A DNA stretch of 64,000 nt from an uncultured virus (IMG/VR IMGVR_UViG_3300032213_002933) (Duplodnaviria; Heunggongvirae; Uroviricota; Caudoviricetes), in the IMG/VR virus record IMGVR_UViG_3300032213_002933; one strand, given 5' to 3'. The notes beneath the pieces are model-generated. The model was not told the DNA's origin. It saw only the letters and a program-made list of their open reading frames with translations, and ran no database searches. Position numbers and translations under genes: made by a program. Below are positions 30,680-40,010 of this stretch, one piece after another (within the stretch, counting starts at the first letter, position 1; every line of letters starts with the position of its first letter).

Positions 30680-31918
30680 TTATAGACTAATGGCCACTCT
30701 GACTTCGATCTCTTTGAGTTCGAAGGCAGGTGTTAAAATAAGGTCTACAATCGCCTTGTTTTCGTTCGGGATATAAGAGACAGTAAAGTCGCTACCGAGC
30801 AAGGCTCCTACAATTTGCATACCTCTCAAGCCAGAAGTAATTGCTGTTTCCATCGCATTTCTTGTTTGAATATTTGATGGCTCACCAACGAATCTCTGGC
30901 AGGCTTGTCTAACAACCGATGTAGCATCATTGATGATTCTCTTGGTTGAAAGACGAGTATAATCTGATGTTGACCAACCGAAGGTCAATCCATCTCCGAA
31001 TACTGGAATCTTATTGAAGTTAATAACAACACTGTTTACGCCCTTGTCTGACAAGGCAGCCTGCTGTGTTCTAGTGGGGGAGTATCTTATGGCCTCCACG
31101 TTATAAGCTGCCTTATTTACAACTGAGCTGTACGAAGGCAATATGCTAATAGTTGCTGCCATGTGTGCAGCTCCGTTTGCATAGCCGAAATCAACGCCTC
31201 CAGAGGAGTAGTTGACTGGCTTAATTTCAGTAGCAACGACCACTATATACGGGCCGGTTTCTTTCAATAATGCGCTATCATTTCTAACTGGAAGACCAGA
31301 AAGAGCCAAATGCGTATTGACATTTCCTGGAGTCATAGTCTCTGAAGCACCAGTGAATGGCTTAATGCCCATAACTGCTATGCAGGGATTAATATTTTCC
31401 GAAATATCTTTAACTTTTGCCGAAATCTTATAAGCCCAGTTACTTGCTACTGTAGCTGAATTATTTGCGTAGAATCCAAAAGTACTGTCACTAGGCGAAT
31501 CCGGCGTTGCTGCCCATTCGCTAGGACGACCACCACGACCCCAAGGGACAATAATGTCCGGAACGCATGACTCTGCTGCAATAAATGCATCGTCGAAAAT
31601 GTCTACTGCGCTACTGGTGACAGCACCGGTGCTTGGGACAAATATGGTATTGCTCGGCAACGGGACAATATACATTCTTCCGGCTCCGGCAATGAGCAAT
31701 TCAAGGAATGCTCTGTGCGCATCTGAGCCATCACCAAAGGCAGTGATGACATCAGCTTCGTTTGAAACTCGTACGACATCAAGGTCAGCCACTCCACCAG
31801 TTAGGTTTGCGGTGCTGCGCTTTGCGATTGCGACAATTCGAGGACCAGCTGGTGCGTCCTGACGTGAGACGCTATAGAAGCGATCTCTGATTAAAGTTTT
31901 TACTCCAGGTATACCCAT
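30680..31918 (-). CDS. tail sheath protein
   Basis: C-terminal sheath motifs LSDKGVNSV, DYTRLSTKRII, RFVGEPSN, LILTPAFELKEIEV. Confidence 0.85.
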   Translation of the reverse strand: MGIPGVKTLIRDRFYSVSRQDAPAGPRIVAIAKRSTANLTGGVADLDVVRVSNEADVITAFGDGSDAHRAFLELLIAGAGRMYIVPLPSNTIFVPSTGAVTSSAVDIFDDAFIAAESCVPDIIVPWGRGGRPSEWAATPDSPSDSTFGFYANNSATVASNWAYKISAKVKDISENINPCIAVMGIKPFTGASETMTPGNVNTHLALSGLPVRNDSALLKETGPYIVVVATEIKPVNYSSGGVDFGYANGAAHMAATISILPSYSSVVNKAAYNVEAIRYSPTRTQQAALSDKGVNSVVINFNKIPVFGDGLTFGWSTSDYTRLSTKRIINDATSVVRQACQRFVGEPSNIQTRNAMETAITSGLRGMQIVGALLGSDFTVSYIPNENKAIVDLILTPAFELKEIEVRVAISL

Positions 31919-31965
31919 TTTGTTCTTTATCCTCCAAATTTCAAAACTCTATTTGAATCTCTCTT

Positions 31966-31973
31966 TATAGTAA
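31966..31973 (-). promoter_or_regulatory. putative late promoter motif TTACTATA
   Basis: the same motif recurs in intergenic gaps before the protease, post-capsid and (variant) portal genes. Confidence 0.5.
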
Positions 31974-32032
31974 CACACAACTTATAAAAACAACTACAAA
32001 CTTAATTTTGGCAGGTATTAATATATACCATG

Positions 32033-32896
32033 TCAGGCATTGGGTGTTGCGCCCTGGAATAGATCTATTACATTTCCTTCTGTTCCAGAATAATTTGGCG
32101 TAGCTAATTGATTCTTAATAAGTTCTTTTTCATAAGCCATCCATGTTCTTGCGTCAACAACAATTTTTTCAATTCTGTTATTAGCTATTGCAAATGTCTT
32201 TTCAGTTGTTAACATATATGTAACGGTTCTCTTATGTATGTCTTTGCCATCTCTGTTAATCTCTGAGTCTGACAGTCTTCTAGAATACACTAGTTCAGAT
32301 GCGCCTGCGGCTTTAAAAATTGAAGTATATTCCAACATAAAATCTTCAAAAGCTTCCATAATCTGATCGCATAAAACTGCTGCGTCAAGATCATCTCTGG
32401 TTGTCGTACTATTTGGCCCTTGGAAAGTTCCAACTTTACTCATTACTGTAAAACCTACAACGTTTTGAAATTTCTGACCATAGATTGTTACGGAATTAGA
32501 AAGTACATTTTGGCGCATTCTTGGCTTTGGCTCTGTGGTGTGAGATTTTCTTAGCTCTAAATGATAACCAATTATTGCTGGAAAGTCATCTAATCCAACA
32601 CTAGTGGAAGATGGAGCTGATGAAAGGTCCCTTACCGATGAATCGATCTCTCCAGAATCCTTATATGTAATTGATGATTCTCTATTTATACTCAATGGAA
32701 GTATCGGTATTGTTGGATAGCTTTCTTCCCATATTTTTTTAACCAAGCTAACAAACTCTAGGTAAGTTAGATTTCCAGTATATACCTCTTCGATTCCATC
32801 GCTATCTAACCTGCGATAGCCAGGAGCCTGCAGGGCCGGTAATCCATATCTTGCGTTTTCGGAAAAGTGAGGAAAATCCCTATTTAAATAACTCAT
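32033..32896 (-). CDS. putative tail terminator/completion protein
   Basis: 287 aa immediately before the sheath; position-based call. Confidence 0.45.
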   Translation of the reverse strand: MSYLNRDFPHFSENARYGLPALQAPGYRRLDSDGIEEVYTGNLTYLEFVSLVKKIWEESYPTIPILPLSINRESSITYKDSGEIDSSVRDLSSAPSSTSVGLDDFPAIIGYHLELRKSHTTEPKPRMRQNVLSNSVTIYGQKFQNVVGFTVMSKVGTFQGPNSTTTRDDLDAAVLCDQIMEAFEDFMLEYTSIFKAAGASELVYSRRLSDSEINRDGKDIHKRTVTYMLTTEKTFAIANNRIEKIVVDARTWMAYEKELIKNQLATPNYSGTEGNVIDLFQGATPNA

Positions 32897-32897
32897 A

Positions 32898-34490
32898 TTA
32901 TGCTCCTGGACCAGCTGCTAGTGAAAAGTCTACCCTCTTTAATCCAAGGGCTGAAAGTAATGCTATTTCAAAGATGAATACACCTCTTTGTGTTTCCGAT
33001 ATTTGAACATTAAAAGAGTAATCATTTATTGCTAAGCTTGTTTTAAGTGATTCTAAAAATTCCTTAGTTTCAGAAACTATTTGATCAAAAGCCATAATAT
33101 CAAAATGGGAGACTGCCTTTATTTCACTTACGACAAGAGACACTAATCTCATTTGTGCTAGCTTGGTAAAGGCTGAGCCTTCACCGGCCATCGTATACTC
33201 ATTGGTCAAATAGACCTCAAAGGGTACTGCCCTTCTTGTTTTCTTTCCACGATATAATGTATTAATGCCCAAGTTTTCTAATCTTAAATACTCAGCCTGA
33301 GTAAGATCATTCCCAAATAAAGACATGGCTCCTGGTATTCTAGCCCTAACCAAAGCCCTACTAACTGGAGCGGCAGATACCATTCCCGCCACTGCTGCTG
33401 CTGCATTTGAGACGTAGCTTAACTTTATTTGAGGATGCTGAAAAACCATTTCTCCATATATTGGAACTACGTATCGACCTTTATCTGAAGATATTTGTCC
33501 AGTTTGATTATTGTAGATAGTGAATTTATCAGTAAATATAGGATTTTGTTCTATTATATCTATGTCTGAGGCGGTGATGCCATTAGTTCTAGAGCCAATG
33601 ATACCTACTTGAACATTTCCAGTATTGTTGTGGAAATTCGAACAATACGTTGCGAGTTGCGTTACAAAATCTACTGTGCCGGTATTTATAATGGAAGTTT
33701 CAAGTGGAACAATTATATCTACAAAATCTAAATCTATGATATCTGCATACGTTTGTTGAAGTCTTTCATAATATTTTTCATAAAAAGTCTGAGAACTGGG
33801 AGTTGCTTGATCTCGATTGAATACTGTAGTAGATATAAATCTCCCCTCATAACTATCAACATATTCTGTCATTGGTGCTGATGCACAGATCATTATGTCT
33901 CTTGCCCCACATGAGTAAGCGTCTAATACGCCTCGTAAAAGCGGACTATTAAGATCTGCCTGGAGTAGATTAACTGCTTGCTGTATAGAGTCAATTCTTA
34001 CTGGAAAGTTTAGATCAATGCCATCTGCGTGCCCTATTAATAGCAGTGTGCTTGTATTCCTTGTGTTCAGCTGTTGGTATGTAGGTCTATAGCTGATTAC
34101 GCTTGATTTTGGAGCTACGATTGTGGCAGGCGACAATGTGCTAGTGGATGCTTTTACTTGAAATACTGAAGCTACATTGATATTTTTAACTGCGCTGTTT
34201 GTTCTAGCTAAAACGGTGTAATTATACTCGTAAAGATTGTCAGGAACAGTATAGTGGAAAATATACTCTCCATTGGTGACTTTCTCTATTCTATTGCCTG
34301 TAGCTTCTGGATCTTGAGAAAGATATAAGTAAGGACCATCAATTACTGCGCCTTCCCCACTCTCACCTCTTAGCACATATATGCTTACGTCTACGGGCGT
34401 GGCTGAACTAGCCGGATCATAAATCGTTCCATCAAAATCTGTAAATATAAATCTAAATTGAGCTGTCTGCCCCTTGGATAAAACTAACAT
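32898..34490 (-). CDS. second sheath-like protein with N-terminal Ig-like domain (likely ATG at 34490; track start 34523)
   Basis: AAAAVAGMVS...LENLGINTL...SAFTKLAQMRLVSLV...FIFEIAL parallels the C-terminal part of the 412-aa sheath. Confidence 0.65.
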   Translation of the reverse strand: MLVLSKGQTAQFRFIFTDFDGTIYDPASSATPVDVSIYVLRGESGEGAVIDGPYLYLSQDPEATGNRIEKVTNGEYIFHYTVPDNLYEYNYTVLARTNSAVKNINVASVFQVKASTSTLSPATIVAPKSSVISYRPTYQQLNTRNTSTLLLIGHADGIDLNFPVRIDSIQQAVNLLQADLNSPLLRGVLDAYSCGARDIMICASAPMTEYVDSYEGRFISTTVFNRDQATPSSQTFYEKYYERLQQTYADIIDLDFVDIIVPLETSIINTGTVDFVTQLATYCSNFHNNTGNVQVGIIGSRTNGITASDIDIIEQNPIFTDKFTIYNNQTGQISSDKGRYVVPIYGEMVFQHPQIKLSYVSNAAAAVAGMVSAAPVSRALVRARIPGAMSLFGNDLTQAEYLRLENLGINTLYRGKKTRRAVPFEVYLTNEYTMAGEGSAFTKLAQMRLVSLVVSEIKAVSHFDIMAFDQIVSETKEFLESLKTSLAINDYSFNVQISETQRGVFIFEIALLSALGLKRVDFSLAAGPGA

Positions 34491-34492
34491 TT

Positions 34493-34864
34493 TTACTTCT
34501 CTCTTGTGGCTCCGACAGTCCAATAGTTTATCTTACCAAACCTGCCTCTGACTGCAGTAACTGCAGCTATGCTAAACATTGTATAATTTTTACTTGATTT
34601 TAAAGAATAATTTTCATATATTCTATCCCCTTCTTTAGGGAAGATATTTTCTTCAAAATAATATACCGCGTCGTAGTTTGTTAAAAGTCCTTCTTGAGTT
34701 TCGGTAGAGGAATTTGCATTAGTCGTGCCGGACTGCCCTACTTGGCGTGTTGTTACTCTTTCAAAGTGATCAGAATGATTCCCATTCGCCAATATTCTTT
34801 GAATGTAAACATCGTGTCCCCATTGTCTAAGTATTCGATTAAAAGATCTTTTTGCATCAATCAT
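34493..34864 (-). CDS. putative head closure/stopper protein (likely ATG at 34864)
   Basis: small beta-rich protein with YYFEENIFPKEGDRIYE; neck-gene position. Confidence 0.5.
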   Translation of the reverse strand: MIDAKRSFNRILRQWGHDVYIQRILANGNHSDHFERVTTRQVGQSGTTNANSSTETQEGLLTNYDAVYYFEENIFPKEGDRIYENYSLKSSKNYTMFSIAAVTAVRGRFGKINYWTVGATREK

Positions 34865-35738
34865 AACTTCGGAAGCCCCTCTTAGGCATCGGGTCATCAT
34901 TTATATTTGTTGTTCCATTTGGATCGTATAATTCTCTTCCAGATGGATATACAATTTTATCAGTTAATTTACTATCATACATAGATAGGCCTGGTAAATT
35001 CTTTGGCTGGAACCCTCTTGGGCCAACCTTTGCTGCTAACATTTCTTTTCTTAGTGCTGCAGCAATTTGGCACCATGTTGTAGCGTTGTCTCTAGTGACT
35101 TTATTTCTTGGTATCGACTTGTTGGTAATGCTCAAATCCCCAAGCGTTAAAGACATTTCATCGTCACCGCCTAGTCCGTAAGTTCTCGAAAGTTCACAGG
35201 CTGTGGCAGCTTTTATGTATTCAAGAACGGTAAAAGACAATCCTGAACCATCTTCTGTGTCTAGTAGATTGTAGATGGCCTTCACTTCTGTTGAATAATT
35301 ATATATTATTTCACCTATTTCCAACATTGACGCGTCAGGAAAATAAGCTAAAACAGATTCTGGATCAAGAAATAGAGGAGTTACATCTGGAGCAAAAGTT
35401 ATGGTCTCATCATTCTTTAGAATAACAGTAGGCTGATATTCTTCATTAGTCGAACTAACATATAATTTTTGTTCGACTGTAACTACATTTGTATTTGTCA
35501 GTAGGCCAGTAAATTTAACAGTATATGTATCAGCTACAGTTGGAGTGTAATCATAATAATATATGGAGGATGTTGCACTTGTTGCGCTAGTGGAGATTAT
35601 AGTTGCTCCGCTAGAATTTTTAATAGTTACATTGACAGTGCTGGGCGACAACTCAACTTCTAGTCCATTAGAATCTATATCTTTAAATTTTACAGTTACT
35701 CTAACCGTATCACTAACTACAACTCTATCTGTTGACAT
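34857..35738 (-). CDS. putative head-tail adaptor with N-terminal Ig-like domain
   Basis: beta-rich N-terminus, helical C-terminus with SLTLGDLSI typical of adaptor/neck proteins. Confidence 0.5.
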   Translation of the reverse strand: MSTDRVVVSDTVRVTVKFKDIDSNGLEVELSPSTVNVTIKNSSGATIISTSATSATSSIYYYDYTPTVADTYTVKFTGLLTNTNVVTVEQKLYVSSTNEEYQPTVILKNDETITFAPDVTPLFLDPESVLAYFPDASMLEIGEIIYNYSTEVKAIYNLLDTEDGSGLSFTVLEYIKAATACELSRTYGLGGDDEMSLTLGDLSITNKSIPRNKVTRDNATTWCQIAAALRKEMLAAKVGPRGFQPKNLPGLSMYDSKLTDKIVYPSGRELYDPNGTTNINDDPMPKRGFRSYD

Positions 35739-35752
35739 TTTTACCTCTTAGT

Positions 35753-36205
35753 TCAAGCGTTAGATATAATAGTAACGTTTACTGTGCCTGCTGAGTTATT
35801 CTCCAAGATAATACTTTCTGCGTTGGAAATTGCATATGCGTCATTTTTGTTAACTGATATGGCAAAGACGCCGGTACCATAAGAATCCTGGCTACCCACA
35901 CTTGCTAATGCAAATGCATCTGCGTTAATTTTACTTATCTCTGAAGACCCATAGCCATCGAACATTGCAAAAGTCATATAAGATGACGTTTCGGTATTAT
36001 CTATTATTCCGCTTGGCGTAATAACGGAATGGCTACCAGCAAAAACTAATGTACTATCTACAGACGGTGGCGATATGACAATAACGCCTAATACATTTAA
36101 TCCACCAAAGTTACTAGTTAGACCAAAAGACTGAGGAGATACTACATATACACCATCGTAATTAAAATGAGCTTGATTATAGGCTATATCTCCATTGTAG
36201 AGCAT
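35753..36205 (-). CDS. hypothetical virion structural protein
   Basis: 150 aa, in the operon between fibre and adaptor. Confidence 0.5.
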   Translation of the reverse strand: MLYNGDIAYNQAHFNYDGVYVVSPQSFGLTSNFGGLNVLGVIVISPPSVDSTLVFAGSHSVITPSGIIDNTETSSYMTFAMFDGYGSSEISKINADAFALASVGSQDSYGTGVFAISVNKNDAYAISNAESIILENNSAGTVNVTIISNA

Positions 36206-36218
36206 CTAAATCCTTTTA

Positions 36219-38342
36219 TTAGAATATTCCACAATCAATTGTTATATTATCTATGGAGCCACCAGTAATTGAAACATTATTTGAGTTCTGAGTAGCAATT
36301 GTTCCCAAGCCTAAAGTTGTTCTTCCTGCAGCTGCATCGGCATCATCGACCAACGATCTACCGAATGAAGAAAAGTCTGCAAGAGCTGCAGTACCTGAGC
36401 CAGAGAAATATGGAAGTTTGTCTGCGGCAGATGTTAAACCAGCAAGGGCAGCAAGTTCAGCATCATAGGCTTGAACATTAGTGCCAATAGCTAGGCCCAA
36501 CGTTGTTCTAGCTGTGCTAGCGTCTGCGTCATCGATTAAAGTACGGCCAAATGAAGAAAGTGTTGTAGTGCTAGCGGCGCCAGAACCAGTAAAATAAGGC
36601 AAAGCATCGGCAGCACTAGTCAAGCCAGCAAGGGCAGCAAGTTCGGCGTCATAGGCCTGAACATTGGTGCCAATAGCTAAACCAAGAGCAGTTCTAGCTG
36701 CTCCAGCATCTGTAGCTCCAGTTCCACCATTGGCTATTGCTATAGCCGTACCATTCCAAACGCCAGTTGTAATTGTTCCAACCGAAGTAAGGCTTGAGGC
36801 AGTTACTCCTGAGCCAAGAGTTGAACCAGAAAGTACAGAAGTTCCCGCAATCAATAATGACTTGCCAGTTAGAAGATTAAGATTTTCTGATGAGGTCCAT
36901 GCATCAGTTGCGTCAACCCAGTTAAAAGTCTTGTCTGTATCACCCTTGAGAGTGATGCCACCACCATCAGCACCTGCGTCTGTCGGAGAGGCGCTTGAGC
37001 CAAGTTCGATGTTCTTATCGTCAACAGTTACAGTAGTTGAATTGATTGTAGTGGTTGTGCCGTTGACTGTTAGATCGCCAGAAAGTACAAGGGAGGTACC
37101 AGTGGCAGCTCCGATGTTTGGCGTTACAAGCGTTGGCGTGTTAGCAAAAACGAGTGCGCCAGAACCAGTTTCATCAGATATAATTCCAGCAAGTTCTGAT
37201 GATGAAGTCGCTGCAAAAGCTGAAAGCTTATTGGCGGTAAGGGCTACAGTACCAGTTACATCCGGAAGGGTGATTGTGCGATCTGCGGTTGGATCACCAG
37301 CGGACAATGTCGTTTCAAACGCATCATCTGTAGTTCCTTCAAAGATTATTGTTCCAGCTGCATTGAGGTTAAGTCCATTAAACGATGGACTAGCAGAGGT
37401 TGCGACGCTCTGACCAATTGCAATTGTCGGAGTTCCACCTTCTGTTGCTGTATCATTTGAAAGTGTTACGCCAGTACCAGCAACAAGTGATGTTACATAG
37501 TTTCCTGAAGTATTAGTTCCAAGCGCAATTTCTATAGTTGTAGAACTTGCTGCGGTTAAACGACCCTGGGCGTCAACCGTGAAGCTACCAACTGACGCAG
37601 CACCGCCGTATGAGCCAGCTGTTACTGCAGTGTTGTCAAGGTTTAAGGTAAGCGTATCAGTTGCAGAGGCCACCGATGTTAGGCCTGTGCCACCAACTAT
37701 AGTGAAGGTATCTCCACCGGAAATTGTTAAAGCTGCGCCACTGTCTGCGGCTGCTGTAAATGAAGTTGAAATAGAGGCTGTTCCAGCTGCGGTTAAGCGA
37801 CCCTGAGCATCAACTGTAAAGGTTGGGATTGCGGTGCCCGAACCATACGAACCAGCTGATACTGCGGTATTGTCAAGATTAACCGTTATGGTATCTGTTG
37901 CGGTAGCTGCTGAACTAAGGCCAACTCCACCAGAAATCGTAAATGTATCGGAAGAAGCAATTGACACTGTGCCAGTATCGCCAGCAGCTGTGAATGAACT
38001 TGAAGCTGACGAAACAGCGCTATCTACATATGCTGTTGTTGCTACCGATGTTGAGTTGTTGCCAGCTGACTTTGTTGTTGCGGTTGCAGAACCACCAAGA
38101 GCTAATGTACCAGAAAATGTTTTATTTCCAGTAATAGTTTGAGTGCCCGACAAGCCTACATAGGCGCCCAGGCCAGCAATGGCTTGAACTGTCGTTGCAG
38201 TTCCGCCTGCTCCACCTGTTCCCTTACCGTAGTAAAGAACGTCATCAGCTTCGTTGTATGCTAGTTCTGCATTTTCTAGACTTGAGGGTGCGCCAGCTGC
38301 ACCACCAGCTGCTCTTCTTTTGATTCTGATTGTATTGGCCAT
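36219..38342 (-). CDS. fibre protein (neck/collar or tail fibre; likely ATG at 38342)
   Basis: N-terminal MANTIRIKRR...ELAYNEADDVLYYG fibre-anchor motif; T/A/G/S-rich; internal 79-aa (TVDAQGRLTAA) and 62-aa (ARTxLGLAIGTNVQAYD) repeats. Confidence 0.8.
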   Translation of the reverse strand: MANTIRIKRRAAGGAAGAPSSLENAELAYNEADDVLYYGKGTGGAGGTATTVQAIAGLGAYVGLSGTQTITGNKTFSGTLALGGSATATTKSAGNNSTSVATTAYVDSAVSSASSSFTAAGDTGTVSIASSDTFTISGGVGLSSAATATDTITVNLDNTAVSAGSYGSGTAIPTFTVDAQGRLTAAGTASISTSFTAAADSGAALTISGGDTFTIVGGTGLTSVASATDTLTLNLDNTAVTAGSYGGAASVGSFTVDAQGRLTAASSTTIEIALGTNTSGNYVTSLVAGTGVTLSNDTATEGGTPTIAIGQSVATSASPSFNGLNLNAAGTIIFEGTTDDAFETTLSAGDPTADRTITLPDVTGTVALTANKLSAFAATSSSELAGIISDETGSGALVFANTPTLVTPNIGAATGTSLVLSGDLTVNGTTTTINSTTVTVDDKNIELGSSASPTDAGADGGGITLKGDTDKTFNWVDATDAWTSSENLNLLTGKSLLIAGTSVLSGSTLGSGVTASSLTSVGTITTGVWNGTAIAIANGGTGATDAGAARTALGLAIGTNVQAYDAELAALAGLTSAADALPYFTGSGAASTTTLSSFGRTLIDDADASTARTTLGLAIGTNVQAYDAELAALAGLTSAADKLPYFSGSGTAALADFSSFGRSLVDDADAAAGRTTLGLGTIATQNSNNVSITGGSIDNITIDCGIF

Positions 38343-38344
38343 GA

Positions 38345-38683
38345 TTAAAAATTTCCTCCATCGGTAAGATTTTCTTCGGGATGATTCACCCAAACTGAAC
38401 CGTTGTAACGTAAAACATTACCTGAGTTCACTGTGGTAATAGTAACGTCAGTCAATCCATTTAGAACTGATTGAGTAGTAATTGTAGCTTCTGCAGCTAT
38501 TATTCTATCTTTAACTGTTAAATGACTGCCTGCTGGATTTAATCCTATAACTGTTTGTATGGCTTCAATGGCATCGTTTGCATTAGCGTGTTGTTGATGG
38601 TGAGGTACTGTCGCTGAATTGAGTGGGTCAGACGATGTAGGATTAATCAATATGTCTAATGCTGCGGGATACTGGGTGGCCAT
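38345..38683 (-). CDS. small fibre-associated protein
   Basis: MATQYPAALD...HANANDAIEAIQ and LTDVTIT...GNVLRYNGSVWVN fibre repeat; ends DGGNF. Confidence 0.6.
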   Translation of the reverse strand: MATQYPAALDILINPTSSDPLNSATVPHHQQHANANDAIEAIQTVIGLNPAGSHLTVKDRIIAAEATITTQSVLNGLTDVTITTVNSGNVLRYNGSVWVNHPEENLTDGGNF

Positions 38684-38692
38684 AAAAATCCT

Positions 38693-39103
38693 TTATAAAC
38701 TAAATATTTTGTATTGATCATTACTCCAGCTAATTGTTACCGAGATAGGATCAGTAGTAGCTGATACTGGAAGTCCAGTGGCTGTATCTATATAGGCTAG
38801 AAGCCTTGATGTGGCTCGAACGCCAGTATCTTTATATAATACTAAGTACGCAAAACCACTATTTCCATAATTCTCTATTGTTATGTTATCTGCGTCAAAA
38901 ACCCCAGAAGTTGTTGCTTTTCCGGTCAATAAAGTAGTTGTTGCTGCGACCGAAGCTTCGCTAATGCTTGATAAAAATTCATGCGTACTTAGATTTACTG
39001 TATAGGTATTTTTTACTAGTGCAACTTTAATATTATTATCAGTCAAGTCAAATAGGCCCTCTAGTAGACCCTCTTTACCTTTTGCGTATAATGCATTTGC
39101 CAT
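38693..39103 (-). CDS. virion structural protein (collar/fibre base-like)
   Basis: MANALYAKGKE...IKVALV...HEFLS...LLAYIDT, a family commonly found beside phage fibre genes. Confidence 0.55.
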   Translation of the reverse strand: MANALYAKGKEGLLEGLFDLTDNNIKVALVKNTYTVNLSTHEFLSSISEASVAATTTLLTGKATTSGVFDADNITIENYGNSGFAYLVLYKDTGVRATSRLLAYIDTATGLPVSATTDPISVTISWSNDQYKIFSL

Positions 39104-39876
39104 TATAGTCCTACCTCTGCTGATACAATTACCCTGTACTTATACCCTGATTCAAAATAATTCTTTCCATCAGCATAGTAAACGGGAGTTGCATCATCTG
39201 ACGGAAAATCAATATATACATCTGGCTTCCACGAATGCATAGATACTTCAGCTGGTACGTTTTCCCATCTTGAAGGAGTTTTTTGAATCTTTTTGCGCTG
39301 AGCCTTAAAGTACTTTAATGTCAAAAAGTTTGATGCTGGGCGAGAACTAAATGTAACTGTTACTCTTCCGTTGTTCTCATCATTATTTAAGTAAAAATCA
39401 CCATTAGAAGGATTGGTCGATTCTATATAGAAATTAGGATTCTTTGCTAATATTTGATATCCAGTTTCTATATCAGCTCTCACTGATCTATCTTCTATTA
39501 ACACCTCGTTGAGTACTGTTGCTTGACTCTGTTGTAGAATGGAAGGAGTTGCCGAATTGGTTTGGCTAGTAAAGCTAACCTTTTCCTCAGCGACTGTTAG
39601 TCCAGATGAGTCAACTAAGTTAGTAACTCTAACGACATAGTCGGTATTAGAGCTTAATACTGAATTCCAATAAAGAGTTAAAGTTCTACTTATCTGATTA
39701 TAGTCAGTAATTGTATTTATAGTTCTAAATGGAGACGAAGTCTGAACAGGCGTAGCTGAATCTGTTTGGACAATAAAGTTTGCATTTATTAATGATGCTA
39801 TCTTAATTGTTCTACCAAATTTAATATTTACTGTATTAACAGTAACTGTAGCGCTATCTATCAAATACAAAGCCAC
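39103..39876 (-). CDS. Ig-like head/neck structural protein
   Basis: two beta-sandwich-like halves (LSSNTDYVVRVTNL; FYIESTNPSNG...VTVTFS); GTG start after the capsid gene. Confidence 0.55.
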   Translation of the reverse strand: MALYLIDSATVTVNTVNIKFGRTIKIASLINANFIVQTDSATPVQTSSPFRTINTITDYNQISRTLTLYWNSVLSSNTDYVVRVTNLVDSSGLTVAEEKVSFTSQTNSATPSILQQSQATVLNEVLIEDRSVRADIETGYQILAKNPNFYIESTNPSNGDFYLNNDENNGRVTVTFSSRPASNFLTLKYFKAQRKKIQKTPSRWENVPAEVSMHSWKPDVYIDFPSDDATPVYYADGKNYFESGYKYRVIVSAEVGL

Positions 39877-39907
39877 TCAACACACTCCATAATTATAATC
39901 CTGAACT

Positions 39908-39915
39908 AATAGTAA
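39908..39915 (-). promoter_or_regulatory. putative late promoter motif TTACTATT
   Basis: just downstream of the capsid terminator and 32 nt upstream of the next start. Confidence 0.45.
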
Positions 39916-39928
39916 TAAATTAATTCAA

Positions 39929-39965
39929 TAAAAAGCAAAGGGGCAGTAGATTTCTCTACCGCCCC
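39929..39965 (-). terminator. intrinsic terminator after the major capsid gene
   Basis: minus strand GGGGCGGTAGA-GAAA-TCTACTGCCCC followed by TTTGCTTTTT. Confidence 0.85.
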
Positions 39966-39970
39966 CAGCT

Positions 39971-40004
39971 TTAGGGTAATTTGTAACTATAACGACCCTA
40001 AGGT
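39971..40004. other. hairpin containing a 23S rRNA helix 69-like sequence
   Basis: plus strand GTAACTATAACGACCCTAAGGT (39983-40004) versus 23S GTAACTATAACGGTCCTAAGGT; closed by a TTAGGGT/ACCCTAA stem. Confidence 0.4.
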
Positions 40005-40010
40005 TTTTTA

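Noticed and set aside
56..34490. Bacterial eCIS/T6SS locus instead of a phage
   Set aside because: Terminase, portal, protease and capsid genes are in the same operon
39971..40004. rRNA gene fragment or contamination
   Set aside because: Similarity is limited to 22 nt inside a normal phage intergenic region; kept only as a motif finding
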